64,000 nt of DNA from an uncultured Gammaproteobacteria bacterium. Lineage in GTDB: Bacteria > Patescibacteriota > Microgenomatia > Daviesbacterales > UBA10151. The notes under the pieces were generated by a model. The model was not told the origin of the DNA and ran no database searches. It was given only the letters and a program-made list of their open reading frames with translations. The position numbers and the translations under genes were made by a program. The DNA lies in contig CAZJNI010000001.1 in assembly GCA_964547465.1 (NCBI GenBank), positions 24,205 to 88,204 on the forward strand, read 5' to 3'. This document shows, piece by piece, positions 1-8,315 of this stretch; the first letter of the stretch is position 1; each line of letters starts with the position of its first letter.

Positions 1-1552
1 CTGAAATACTGGAAACATTATTGTAGGGAGTTAGTCCTTTATTCCTTAACTCTTGTTTAACTTTAGCCTCATCGTAAGTTTCCACTCCGGCAGGATTTGA
101 TTTATCTACCTGATAAAGATGCTCCGCGCTGGAAGAATCTGATTTCACCAGTAGTAGCGTATTTACGATATCTGCTATCTCTTCAGATTTTAACCAGGCT
201 GTTTTATTATATTGGCTTCGGGAGCCCCAATCACAATAAAACCAGGGAGAATCTTTATCATAAGCTCCTGCTTTAAGATCATCAAATCCTGATGCATTTC
301 CAGAAATGGTATCTACCCCATGTTTAGTCCAGGAAGTTACTGACCAGCCAATTTCAGAGCTGGATAAAATATATCCGCCATGGGTTGAAGAATACCAGGC
401 TTTAACAGGACTTCCTCCGGATACCATTACCCAACCCTTTGTATCATTAACAGCTGCTTCCCATTCCCCTCCTTTGGGCTCGCTTTTAAAAACCTGACAC
501 TGCTCGCTGACACAAATTGGCCCTTTGCCATTATTGGTATATGAGAGTGCATATGAGCGGGCAGCTATGGCTTGGGCTCTTAGCGCCTGTGGATGAAAGT
601 TGCTTGGCATTTCATAAATCCTTTTGACATAATCCTCAATAGAGCCAGACCAACCGGTAGTTGTTGAGATTTGGGTATTTGTATCGTAATCTTTTTTAAG
701 TTCAAAGTTGGCATAGTATGCATTTAAGATTTGTTCTGCGCTTTGTCCAGCCTTTCCCCGACCGTCTGCTCCAAATTGATTCATCCCGGTTCTGTTCGGT
801 ACCCCATAGGTGAAAAGGGCAAATCTGGGAGAGAAGCCCGGATCAATATGTCTATCATCACTGCAAGCTCCTATGGAAGCAGCAGACCTTGAGATATTTA
901 AACTGGCTAATCTTTGAGATAAGATCTCTTGCTGACGGGCGCTCAAAGCCACGATTTTGCTGGTTAAATCTGCCTGATATGCTTTGGCTTTTTTAATTTC
1001 TCCACCCAAAAACTTTGCATTTTTGTCAACATCTTTCTGGATTAATGCTAACCTAACCTGATCTTTTTCTAATTTATCTTTTTGGGTCAAAAGGTCCACT
1101 ACTTCATTAGTAATTGAGGTAATAATTGACCTGTCTTCTTTGGCAACAGTTTGACGGAAGATAAGTTCCCTGAATAAATCACCTGCATGAAATGAGGAAA
1201 GGATTACCACTAAAGGCTCTGTTAAATATGACCTTATATAATAGGCCCTGACCCTTCTTTCCAAAAGGGCTTGCTGCAGCGCTATTTTATCTTCCCTTAA
1301 ATCCAGCTCTTTTTGTTTAAGTTTAATATTGGCAGATAATGTATCAATTGTGGCTTGAATTTGGGCAAGCTGTCGCTGCAAGCCTTCCAGCTGCCCTTCC
1401 AGCGGTTTGGTTGCTTTAACTGAAAGCTCTCTTGCCTGATTTAGCGAATCAATCTGCTTTTGTAAATCTTCAATTTCATCAGCATGAACAGAATGGGTAA
1501 CAAGTAACAAGGTACAAGTGACAAGTAAGAAAATCGCAAGGAAACGGGGCAT
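1..1552 (-). CDS. Secreted coiled-coil + SpoIID/LytB-domain peptidoglycan-active protein (3' end runs off window)
   Basis: Not in the ORF track. Manual translation from ATG 1552 gives MPRFLAIFLLVTCTLLLVTHSVHADEIEDLQKQI (signal peptide, then coiled coil), then GMNQFGADGRGKAGQSAEQILNAYY, IEDYVKRIYEMPSNFHPQALRAQAIAARSYA and AWYSSTHGG, which are SpoIID/LytB motifs. Confidence 0.85.
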   Translation of the reverse strand, partial: MPRFLAIFLLVTCTLLLVTHSVHADEIEDLQKQIDSLNQARELSVKATKPLEGQLEGLQRQLAQIQATIDTLSANIKLKQKELDLREDKIALQQALLERRVRAYYIRSYLTEPLVVILSSFHAGDLFRELIFRQTVAKEDRSIITSITNEVVDLLTQKDKLEKDQVRLALIQKDVDKNAKFLGGEIKKAKAYQADLTSKIVALSARQQEILSQRLASLNISRSAASIGACSDDRHIDPGFSPRFALFTYGVPNRTGMNQFGADGRGKAGQSAEQILNAYYANFELKKDYDTNTQISTTTGWSGSIEDYVKRIYEMPSNFHPQALRAQAIAARSYALSYTNNGKGPICVSEQCQVFKSEPKGGEWEAAVNDTKGWVMVSGGSPVKAWYSSTHGGYILSSSEIGWSVTSWTKHGVDTISGNASGFDDLKAGAYDKDSPWFYCDWGSRSQYNKTAWLKSEEIADIVNTLLLVKSDSSSAEHLYQVDKSNPAGVETYDEAKVKQELRNKGLTPYNNVSSIS

Positions 1553-1686
1553 TATCTTAAAATTTTACCATTTCCAGCCAAAATGTGCTAAGCTAAGTTT
1601 GATGTCCAAAATTGAAGCTTGACAATATGTGTAGATTGCGCTATTATAACTATTAAGTAAGCGGAATTAACGCAATTTAGGCAAAT

Positions 1687-2820
1687 ATGTTTATACCTAG
1701 AATTTTAGAAAAAAAACTTATCAGTCAGCTAAAAACTTCTGAGCGCGGGATTGTAATCTTTGGACCAAGACAGATTGGGAAAACAACGCTGGCAAAGAGT
1801 ATTATTGCCAAACTCCACCTCAAAACATTAGAGGTAGACGGCGATACCTCTCATTACTCCGATGTATTTTCAAGCCAAGATCTGTCAAAATTAAAAGCAA
1901 CTGTCACAGGGTATGAGCTTCTATTTATAGATGAGGCTCAAAAAATAGACAGAATAGGAATAAATATCAAGCTGCTTCGCGATCATATACCCGGTTTAAA
2001 AATAATCGCCACCGGATCGTCTTCCCTGGATCTGGCAAGCAGCGTGAAAGAATCGCTGGTGGGACGAGTATGGAATTTCATACTTTATCCAATATCATTT
2101 TTGGAACTTAAGTCTATTTATAATAGATTTGAATTAGGAACACTTCTTGAGGAACAACTGCGGTTTGGTTCCTACCCTAATGTTTTTTCTCTGGAAGGCG
2201 ATCAAATAAAAAAAGAATACCTCGGTCAGGTCTCGGATGCTTATTTATATAGGGATATTCTGGAATTATCAGGTATTAAAAACTCAAGAAAAATTCGCGA
2301 TCTTCTAAAGCTACTTGCCTTCCAAGTTGGTTCCCAGGTTTCTCTCACTGAAGTGGGCAACCAACTTGATATGAGTAAGGATACTGTCTCAAGCTACATT
2401 GATCTACTGGAACAATCATTTGTGGTATTTCGTTTATCAGGGTTTAGTAGAAATTTAAGAAAAGAGGTCAGGAAAATGGATAAGATTTATTTTTATGATC
2501 TGGGTATCAGGAATGCAATAATAGGCAATTTTAATTATCTCAAAGACAGAAATGATGGTGGGCAACTCTGGGAAAACTTTTTGATGGTTGAAAGGATGAA
2601 ATTCTTAAGTTACACTGGAAAATCTACTTCAAAGTATTTTTGGAGAACTCATACTGGAGCTGAGCTTGACTTGGTAGAAGAGAGGGATGGTAAGCTGTTT
2701 GGATTTGAATTTAAGTTTAACAGTAAAAAACCAAAAACTCCTAAAACATGGCTTGAAACTTATTCAAATGCAACCTTTCAGTTTATCAATTTGGATAATT
2801 ATTTAGATTTTATTACGTAG
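1687..2820 (+). CDS. AAA_14-type ATPase with DUF4143 C-terminal domain
   Basis: Walker A GPRQIGKTT, Walker B LFIDEAQ, TGSSS, GSYP, KIYFYDLGIRN, WENF, YFWRT...ELDLV; TTGACA/TATAAC promoter upstream. Confidence 0.9.
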   Translation: MFIPRILEKKLISQLKTSERGIVIFGPRQIGKTTLAKSIIAKLHLKTLEVDGDTSHYSDVFSSQDLSKLKATVTGYELLFIDEAQKIDRIGINIKLLRDHIPGLKIIATGSSSLDLASSVKESLVGRVWNFILYPISFLELKSIYNRFELGTLLEEQLRFGSYPNVFSLEGDQIKKEYLGQVSDAYLYRDILELSGIKNSRKIRDLLKLLAFQVGSQVSLTEVGNQLDMSKDTVSSYIDLLEQSFVVFRLSGFSRNLRKEVRKMDKIYFYDLGIRNAIIGNFNYLKDRNDGGQLWENFLMVERMKFLSYTGKSTSKYFWRTHTGAELDLVEERDGKLFGFEFKFNSKKPKTPKTWLETYSNATFQFINLDNYLDFIT

Positions 2821-2854
2821 ACCCTAAATTACAAAATGTGCTAAGCTAAAATTA

Positions 2855-3079
2855 ATGTCCATTTTAACTAAATAACTGGTTTTAACTGACAACCAATACG
2901 ATAGGTTATCCAATATTTTTGATAATGCCGGTCAAGTGATATTCGGGGCAGTAGTGCTTTCACCTTTAATACTAACCTTTAACCAGATAAACTGGGTGGT
3001 GGAACTATGTGGTATAATAACTACCATAAGCAGCTGGATGATAAGTATTAGGCTAGCTAAAAAGGAGTCTGATTTATGA
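2855..3079 (+). pseudogene. Small two-TM membrane protein with in-frame stop near the start (or CTG start at 2876)
   Basis: ATG TCC ATT TTA ACT AAA TAA, then in frame LVLTDNQYDRLSNIFDNAGQVIFGAVVLSPL...SWMISIRLAKKESDL*; overlaps the next ORF by ATGA. Confidence 0.55.
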
Positions 3080-3180
3080 CATTTAATATAGTTTTTCTTT
3101 TAGCAATGATAGTTATACTTCTCTTTGGTATTATAGTGTTGATCCTAGCTCACCCAGGTCCTAGAAAAGAAAGACGCTAA
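3076..3180 (+). CDS. 34-aa single-TM peptide
   Basis: MTFNIVFLLAMIVILLFGIIVLILAHPGPRKERR*; AAGGAG just upstream; ATGA overlap with the previous ORF. Confidence 0.55.
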   Translation: MTFNIVFLLAMIVILLFGIIVLILAHPGPRKERR

Positions 3181-3271
3181 CTTCACCCCTAATCCCTAGA
3201 CCCTAAATTACAAAATGTGGTAAGCCACAACTATCTCTCTTTTAGAGATTAATTGTGGTAAGCTAATTTTA

Positions 3272-4420
3272 ATGTCCAATTTTTTTTCCATTCTAGTAAC
3301 TACTCCAATTATCTTTTTTTTATATTTTAATCTCTTTCTATCTCCTGTATTTGCAGATAATTTATCCGATTGTCCCGCTTTTAGGAACGAGCCGTCTCAA
3401 TTATTTAATGATCCCTCAAAAACCCCGAAAGCTAAGTTTTTTGTAACACCAAGTGATAAAGATACTAAATATACTTCCTGGAAGATGCAGTTTGAATCTA
3501 GTGTTCCGCAAAATGTTGGTCCGGCTACTTTAGACACCAGTACAGGTGAGGTCTGGCGGGAAATAATTAGTGGTATGTTCACAAAGTATGATCTATTAAG
3601 TCCTGGACCTCATACTTTTATGCTAATTGGAATCACAGATAAAAACGAAGAAATCCGTCAATGTAGAGGACATTACAGTGTTACTGAATCAGATACCCAA
3701 TGTACTGTTAAACTTTCTGAAACAACAGGGATAACCCCTACGAGCAATCTTGAAGTATCGGGAGAAAATCTGACTAAAGATGAACGGTTTGGAGTTTTTA
3801 TAGATGGTGAAATAATAAAAGGTTCTCATTTATTAGATTTTGTCAGCACCTCTAACTTCTCCGGTGTTTCAATACCTAATAAATATTTATCCCCAAACAC
3901 ATCACATATTGTTAGTATTCGAAAGCAAGATAGCCATATACCTCTATCTGCAAGCAGACCTCTTTTTCCAATTGATTATGGTTCAGACCTTTGTAAAGTA
4001 ACTTTCAGTGTGGGTACACCCTCTGCACCGGGCAGTGTGGTTACTCCGGGAACTGCTCCGGTTCCAGGTACACCAGGGCTAACTGGTCCACCAACCACAT
4101 CTGGAGGGATACCATGTGATACAACAGATCCGGAAAATCCTGGTTTTCAAACAGCCATTGGGTGTGTTCATACCTCACCTGCGGCATTTATTAAGGATTT
4201 TCTTTCTTTTATAATCGGGATTTCCGGGGGGTTGGCGTTTTTGATGATGTTACTCGGAGCATTTCAGATGTTAACTTCTGCCGGAAACCCGGAGACTTTG
4301 CAAGCAGGGCGGGATAGATTCCAAAGTGCAATAATTGGACTGCTGATGGTTATTTTTGCAGTATTATTACTCCAGATAATCGGTTTTGATATCTTAAGAA
4401 TACCTGGATTTGAAAGGTAA
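3272..4420 (+). CDS. VirB2/TrbC-like pilin with large N-terminal extracellular domain
   Basis: Signal peptide, Cys-containing domain, P/G/T linker, C-terminal TM-GAFQMLTSAGNPETLQAGRDRFQSAIIG-TM. Confidence 0.75.
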   Translation: MSNFFSILVTTPIIFFLYFNLFLSPVFADNLSDCPAFRNEPSQLFNDPSKTPKAKFFVTPSDKDTKYTSWKMQFESSVPQNVGPATLDTSTGEVWREIISGMFTKYDLLSPGPHTFMLIGITDKNEEIRQCRGHYSVTESDTQCTVKLSETTGITPTSNLEVSGENLTKDERFGVFIDGEIIKGSHLLDFVSTSNFSGVSIPNKYLSPNTSHIVSIRKQDSHIPLSASRPLFPIDYGSDLCKVTFSVGTPSAPGSVVTPGTAPVPGTPGLTGPPTTSGGIPCDTTDPENPGFQTAIGCVHTSPAAFIKDFLSFIIGISGGLAFLMMLLGAFQMLTSAGNPETLQAGRDRFQSAIIGLLMVIFAVLLLQIIGFDILRIPGFER

Positions 4421-4423
4421 AGT

Positions 4424-4863
4424 GATTTAAGATTTAAGAAATTAGATTTAAGATTAAGAATAGTAATGAAGAATGGCAAAATACAGTCTTTTACAGATTT
4501 GAAAGTTTGGCAAGAAGGGCATATTCTTGTAATTATGGTTTATAAAATAACAAAAAAATTTCCCCAGGAAGAACTATATTCTTTGGTAGACCAAATGAGA
4601 AGAGCAACTTCTTCTATAACAGCTAATATTTCTGAAGGTTTTGGAAGACATTCTTATAAGGAAAAACTGCAATTTTATTATCTATCTCAAGGATCTTTAA
4701 CTGAACTTAAAAATTTCATACTTATTGCAAAAGATGTAGGCTATTTGACTACTAAAGATTTTAATGCATTAGCAGACCAAGCAAATTTAACTCATCAGAT
4801 TTTACAAGGATTTATCAAAAGCACAAAAACATTCATAAATCATAAATCATGAATCTTAAATCT
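4424..4863. repeat. Inverted heptamer arrays flanking the four-helix-bundle gene
   Basis: (GATTTAA)n-like at 4424-4463 and complementary (TAAATCA/T)n-like at 4831-4863. Confidence 0.8.
4466..4852 (+). CDS. Four-helix-bundle protein (23S rRNA-IVP/bAvd-like family)
   Basis: SFTDLKVWQ...FPQEELYSLVDQMRRATSSITANISEGFGR...GSLTE family signature. Confidence 0.92.
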   Translation: MKNGKIQSFTDLKVWQEGHILVIMVYKITKKFPQEELYSLVDQMRRATSSITANISEGFGRHSYKEKLQFYYLSQGSLTELKNFILIAKDVGYLTTKDFNALADQANLTHQILQGFIKSTKTFINHKS

Positions 4864-5181
4864 ATTTTAGCTCTAAAACTACCCGGCGGGAATGAGATAC
4901 CGCTACCAAAAGAACTAACAGATAAAGGCTTATTAGATGTGGCCAGTGTTATTTCCGGTCTTTTAAATATTGCTTTCTATATTGCCATCTTTATGGCATT
5001 TTATTGGGTTATCTGGGCTGCATTTCAGTATATTTTAGCCTCTGGTAAAAAAGAAGACCTGGCAAAAGCCAGATCCAGAATTACCTGGGCGCTAATCGGA
5101 CTGGCTGTAGTTTTTGCAGCATACCTAATTGCAACATACGCATCTGAAATATTCCCATCTCAAACAGGAGTACCATTTTAA
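4849..5181 (+). CDS. VirB2/TrbC-like pilin
   Basis: TM-AAFQYILASGKKEDLAKARSRITWALIG-TM. Confidence 0.8.
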   Translation: MNLKSILALKLPGGNEIPLPKELTDKGLLDVASVISGLLNIAFYIAIFMAFYWVIWAAFQYILASGKKEDLAKARSRITWALIGLAVVFAAYLIATYASEIFPSQTGVPF

Positions 5182-5564
5182 TGAATTTCAAATTTCCAAT
5201 TTCAAATTTCAAATGTCAAATTACTTTGTTACTTGTTACAAGTTATCTGTTACTTGTTACTCCTGCTCATGCCCAGGTTCCCATCAAGGACTATTTTGGC
5301 TTTGGAGATATTAAATCCTTGGGTCAGGGTACCACCAGAATTGTTATACCAATGTTTGAAATTGCTGCTTTTTTGGTTATTTTTTACTTTCTACTTGGTG
5401 CATTCAGGTTTTTGCGGGCAGGAGGAAATAAGGAAGAGGCAGAGGGTGGCAGACAAATGATTAATCATGCCATAATTGGGTTTATACTACTTATGTTTGT
5501 ATATTTACTATTTCAATTTATTCCGGATTTCTTTAATCTGCCGGGAATAGATATAATAAGATAA
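5181..5564 (+). CDS. VirB2/TrbC-like pilin
   Basis: Signal peptide ending AHA; GAFRFLRAGGNKEEAEGGRQMINHAIIG. Confidence 0.8.
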   Translation: MNFKFPISNFKCQITLLLVTSYLLLVTPAHAQVPIKDYFGFGDIKSLGQGTTRIVIPMFEIAAFLVIFYFLLGAFRFLRAGGNKEEAEGGRQMINHAIIGFILLMFVYLLFQFIPDFFNLPGIDIIR

Positions 5565-6293
5565 ATGAATTTCAAATTTCCAATTTCAAATTTCAAATGT
5601 CAAATCTTGAAGCTATCATGCCTTGTATTACTACTTTTCACTTTTCACTTTTTACTTTTTACTTTTCTTGTCCAGTCAGCATTTGCTGCTAGTTGTCCAG
5701 CTGCAGGAACGAAAGTACCTGGAGACCAACAATTAACAGGCGGAAATAATACAAACCACGAGTATACTGGCAGAGACTGTAGTGCAATTCGTAATTCATC
5801 CGGCAGCATAGCCGGCCCCAGCCAATTCGGGAGAACCGAAAATTATAGATGTCTTGGTGGGTGTAAATATGAAGTAAATTATTGTACCCCCGGCGGGTGT
5901 GAGGCTATATATCCTCAAGAAGAATGCTCTTCAGCCCCTGCTTCTTGTAACAATCCTAATACAGGAGCATTATCACCAATAAGTCAGGTTTTTGGGAAAA
6001 TAATCCCACCCCAACAAATTATAAACTTCGGGTTTGGGGCAAAAGGAATTAGTACACTTTTATCCAACATTATTACCCTGTTTTATTCCATTGCCATAAT
6101 AGTTTTGATTTTTATGCTCCTCTGGGGAGCATGGGACTGGATGACATCAGAAGGTGATAAGGAAAAGTTAAGTTCTGCCCAAAAGAAAATTGTTAATGCC
6201 ATTATTGGAATTATGCTTTTTGCCGTAGCATTTGCCATAATCCAGGTTCTTGGAACTTTTACCGGATTTACCTTTTTTAAACGTGGCCCTTGA
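5565..6293 (+). CDS. VirB2/TrbC-like pilin with Cys-rich N-terminal domain
   Basis: Signal peptide ending AFA, Cys-rich segment, GAWDWMTSEGDKEKLSSAQKKIVNAIIG. Confidence 0.8.
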   Translation: MNFKFPISNFKCQILKLSCLVLLLFTFHFLLFTFLVQSAFAASCPAAGTKVPGDQQLTGGNNTNHEYTGRDCSAIRNSSGSIAGPSQFGRTENYRCLGGCKYEVNYCTPGGCEAIYPQEECSSAPASCNNPNTGALSPISQVFGKIIPPQQIINFGFGAKGISTLLSNIITLFYSIAIIVLIFMLLWGAWDWMTSEGDKEKLSSAQKKIVNAIIGIMLFAVAFAIIQVLGTFTGFTFFKRGP

Positions 6294-6328
6294 CAAGAGC
6301 TTTTGTCTATGAATATGATAAATTACTA

Positions 6329-6706
6329 ATGAAAAAATTGGTTGCAGTATTATCTCCTTTATCCTATCTTTTTTTCACACCTTTAGTCTTTGCCGCAGAT
6401 CCAATTATAGTTAAAGCTCCTGAAGGAGGCTATTCAGATTTGGGACTATTTGTCACCAATATTTTAACTTTAGCTTTTGGCTTAGCTATTTTGGTAGTTT
6501 TGGTAATGCTGGTTTGGGGAGCATTTGAGTGGATTACATCAGGCGGAGATAAAGAAGCTGTTGGAAAAGCCAGGAACAGGATTATAAATGCCTTAATCGG
6601 CTTGGCAGTTTTAGCTATAGCCTATGCCCTAACCAGGGTAGCAGGACAATTCCTGGGCTTTGATATTACAAAAGGCATCACAATCCCAACCCCACCACCT
6701 CAATAA
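6329..6706 (+). CDS. VirB2/TrbC-like pilin (candidate major pilin, own promoter)
   Basis: MKKLVAV...VFA signal; GAFEWITSGGDKEAVGKARNRIINALIG; TTGACA 6290 and TATGAT 6314 favour ATG 6329. Confidence 0.82.
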   Translation: MKKLVAVLSPLSYLFFTPLVFAADPIIVKAPEGGYSDLGLFVTNILTLAFGLAILVVLVMLVWGAFEWITSGGDKEAVGKARNRIINALIGLAVLAIAYALTRVAGQFLGFDITKGITIPTPPPQ

Positions 6707-6754
6707 TTGATTTATAGATTGATCTTTCATCTTTATTCATGTTAAGTTTTAAAT

Positions 6755-7171
6755 ATGGGGAAACGTATTATGTATTATGTATTGTGTATTGTGGGGTTTT
6801 TATTCATAATACATGCTACCAACTACTTACTACCAACTGTTCATGCTGCTAATTGTGATCCTAATCTGGTAGGTCCCCGTGTACCCGGAGATTGTCCTGC
6901 AGGATTGCAACAAATCGAAGATCTTTTTAAACAAATAATCACCGTTGCAACCGGGCTGGGATTTATTGCGCTTTTAGTGCTAATAGTTTTTGCCGGCTTT
7001 AAATATTTAATGTCAGGCGGAGAACAGAAAGCAGTCCAAGCTGCCCATCAAACCGTAACCTGGGCGCTTTTGGGAATAGTCTTTATGGCAATTGCCTGGT
7101 TAATATTACAACTGATACATGCATTTACTGGTGTTGATGTAACAACATTCACTTTTGGCCTTCCTAAATAG
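6755..7171 (+). CDS. VirB2/TrbC-like pilin
   Basis: Signal ending VHA; AGFKYLMSGGEQKAVQAAHQTVTWALLG. Confidence 0.8.
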   Translation: MGKRIMYYVLCIVGFLFIIHATNYLLPTVHAANCDPNLVGPRVPGDCPAGLQQIEDLFKQIITVATGLGFIALLVLIVFAGFKYLMSGGEQKAVQAAHQTVTWALLGIVFMAIAWLILQLIHAFTGVDVTTFTFGLPK

Positions 7172-7175
7172 AAGT

Positions 7176-7216
7176 TTGACAATACGCATATAATCACATA
7201 TAATCCAATATAATTA
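7176..7216 (+). promoter_or_regulatory. sigma70 promoter of the Fic gene with three tandem 10-bp repeats
   Basis: TTGACA 7176; CATATAATCA-CATATAATCC-AATATAATTA at 7187-7216, each containing TATAAT. Confidence 0.65.
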
Positions 7217-7220
7217 GATT

Positions 7221-8276
7221 ATGCGAACTAAATTTGAGAAAAGATTAGCTCAAGTGTCAGCTGAAATTTTAACAAAGATCGCCCGGATTGATGAGTTAAA
7301 AGGCCGGTGGTCTGCCGGAGTAAATTTAAATCCCTATCTTTTGGGAAGACTTAAAAAATCAGTCTTAATTACCTCAACCGGAGCATCTACCAGAATTGAA
7401 GGATCCAGACTTTCTGATAAGGATGTAGAAAAATTAATGCAAGGTATTGCCATTCAAAAATTTGCTGATCGTGATATAGGAGAAGTCCAAGGATATTACG
7501 AACTGCTGGAGAATGTCTTTGGATCATGGGATTCTATCAGATTCTCTGAAAATACTATTAAACATTTTCACCAGCAGCTTTTAAAATACGTGGAGAAGGA
7601 TAAGCTACACCGCGGAGAATATAAAAAAGGGGAGAATAAAGTCCAAATGGTAGATGCAAATGGAAAAATCATTGGAACTGTTTTTGATACAACCCCTGCC
7701 TACCTTACACCCAAACAGATGCAAGAACTGGTGGAATGGACCAAAAATGCATTTGATGATAAAAAATATCATCCTTTACTTATTACGGGGAATTTTTTAG
7801 TGGAGTTTTTGAGTATTCATCCTTTTGAGGATGGAAATGGCAGACTTTCGCGGATTTTAACTAACTTTTTACTTCTTAAGATGGGCTATTTATATATGCC
7901 TTATATTTCCCATGAGAAGTTAATTGAAGAAAAAAAGGGAGGCTATTATCTTGCTTTAAGAAAAAGTCAAAAAACTTTTAAAAAAAGGGGGGATATTACT
8001 GATTGGCTTAATTTCTTTTTGAATATTATATTGGCTCAATCAGAGCAAGCAATTAATCTTGTCTCCTCGGAAAATCTTGAGAGTATCCTTTCAAACAAAC
8101 AGTTGGTTGTATGGAGGTATTTGCAAAGCGTTTCAGAGGCAACACCACGTAAGATAGCCAAAGTTACCAATACTGCCCGGCCGACAGTTTATCAGATACT
8201 TACTAAACTGCTTAAACTTAAAAAAATAGAACGCCTGGGTTTGGGGAGAAGCAGCCGCTACCGGAAGCTTTCTTAA
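7221..8276 (+). CDS. Fic-family protein with C-terminal HTH
   Basis: HPFEDGNGRLSR Fic motif; STRIEG inhibitory-helix-like motif; C-terminal winged-helix-like segment. Confidence 0.92.
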   Translation: MRTKFEKRLAQVSAEILTKIARIDELKGRWSAGVNLNPYLLGRLKKSVLITSTGASTRIEGSRLSDKDVEKLMQGIAIQKFADRDIGEVQGYYELLENVFGSWDSIRFSENTIKHFHQQLLKYVEKDKLHRGEYKKGENKVQMVDANGKIIGTVFDTTPAYLTPKQMQELVEWTKNAFDDKKYHPLLITGNFLVEFLSIHPFEDGNGRLSRILTNFLLLKMGYLYMPYISHEKLIEEKKGGYYLALRKSQKTFKKRGDITDWLNFFLNIILAQSEQAINLVSSENLESILSNKQLVVWRYLQSVSEATPRKIAKVTNTARPTVYQILTKLLKLKKIERLGLGRSSRYRKLS

Positions 8277-8315
8277 AACTTGCAAAAAGGTATTGGTTTG
8301 TTTTACTGTTAGAGT

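Larger units (their letters stand above)
1579..3279 (+). repeat. Four copies of a promoter/start motif, (AAAA)TGTG(C/G)TAAGC(TAA..ATGTCCA)
   Basis: Copies at 1579-1609, 2818-2861, 3197-3225 and 3254-3279. The last supplies an extended -10-like TGnTAAGCT and the ATG of the 3272 gene. Confidence 0.85.

Noticed and set aside
306-497. 63-aa plus-strand ORF
   Set aside because: Antisense to the SpoIID/LytB gene.
4466-4852. Diversity-generating retroelement (Avd-like gene)
   Set aside because: No reverse transcriptase and no template/variable repeat pair differing at adenines seen in the window.
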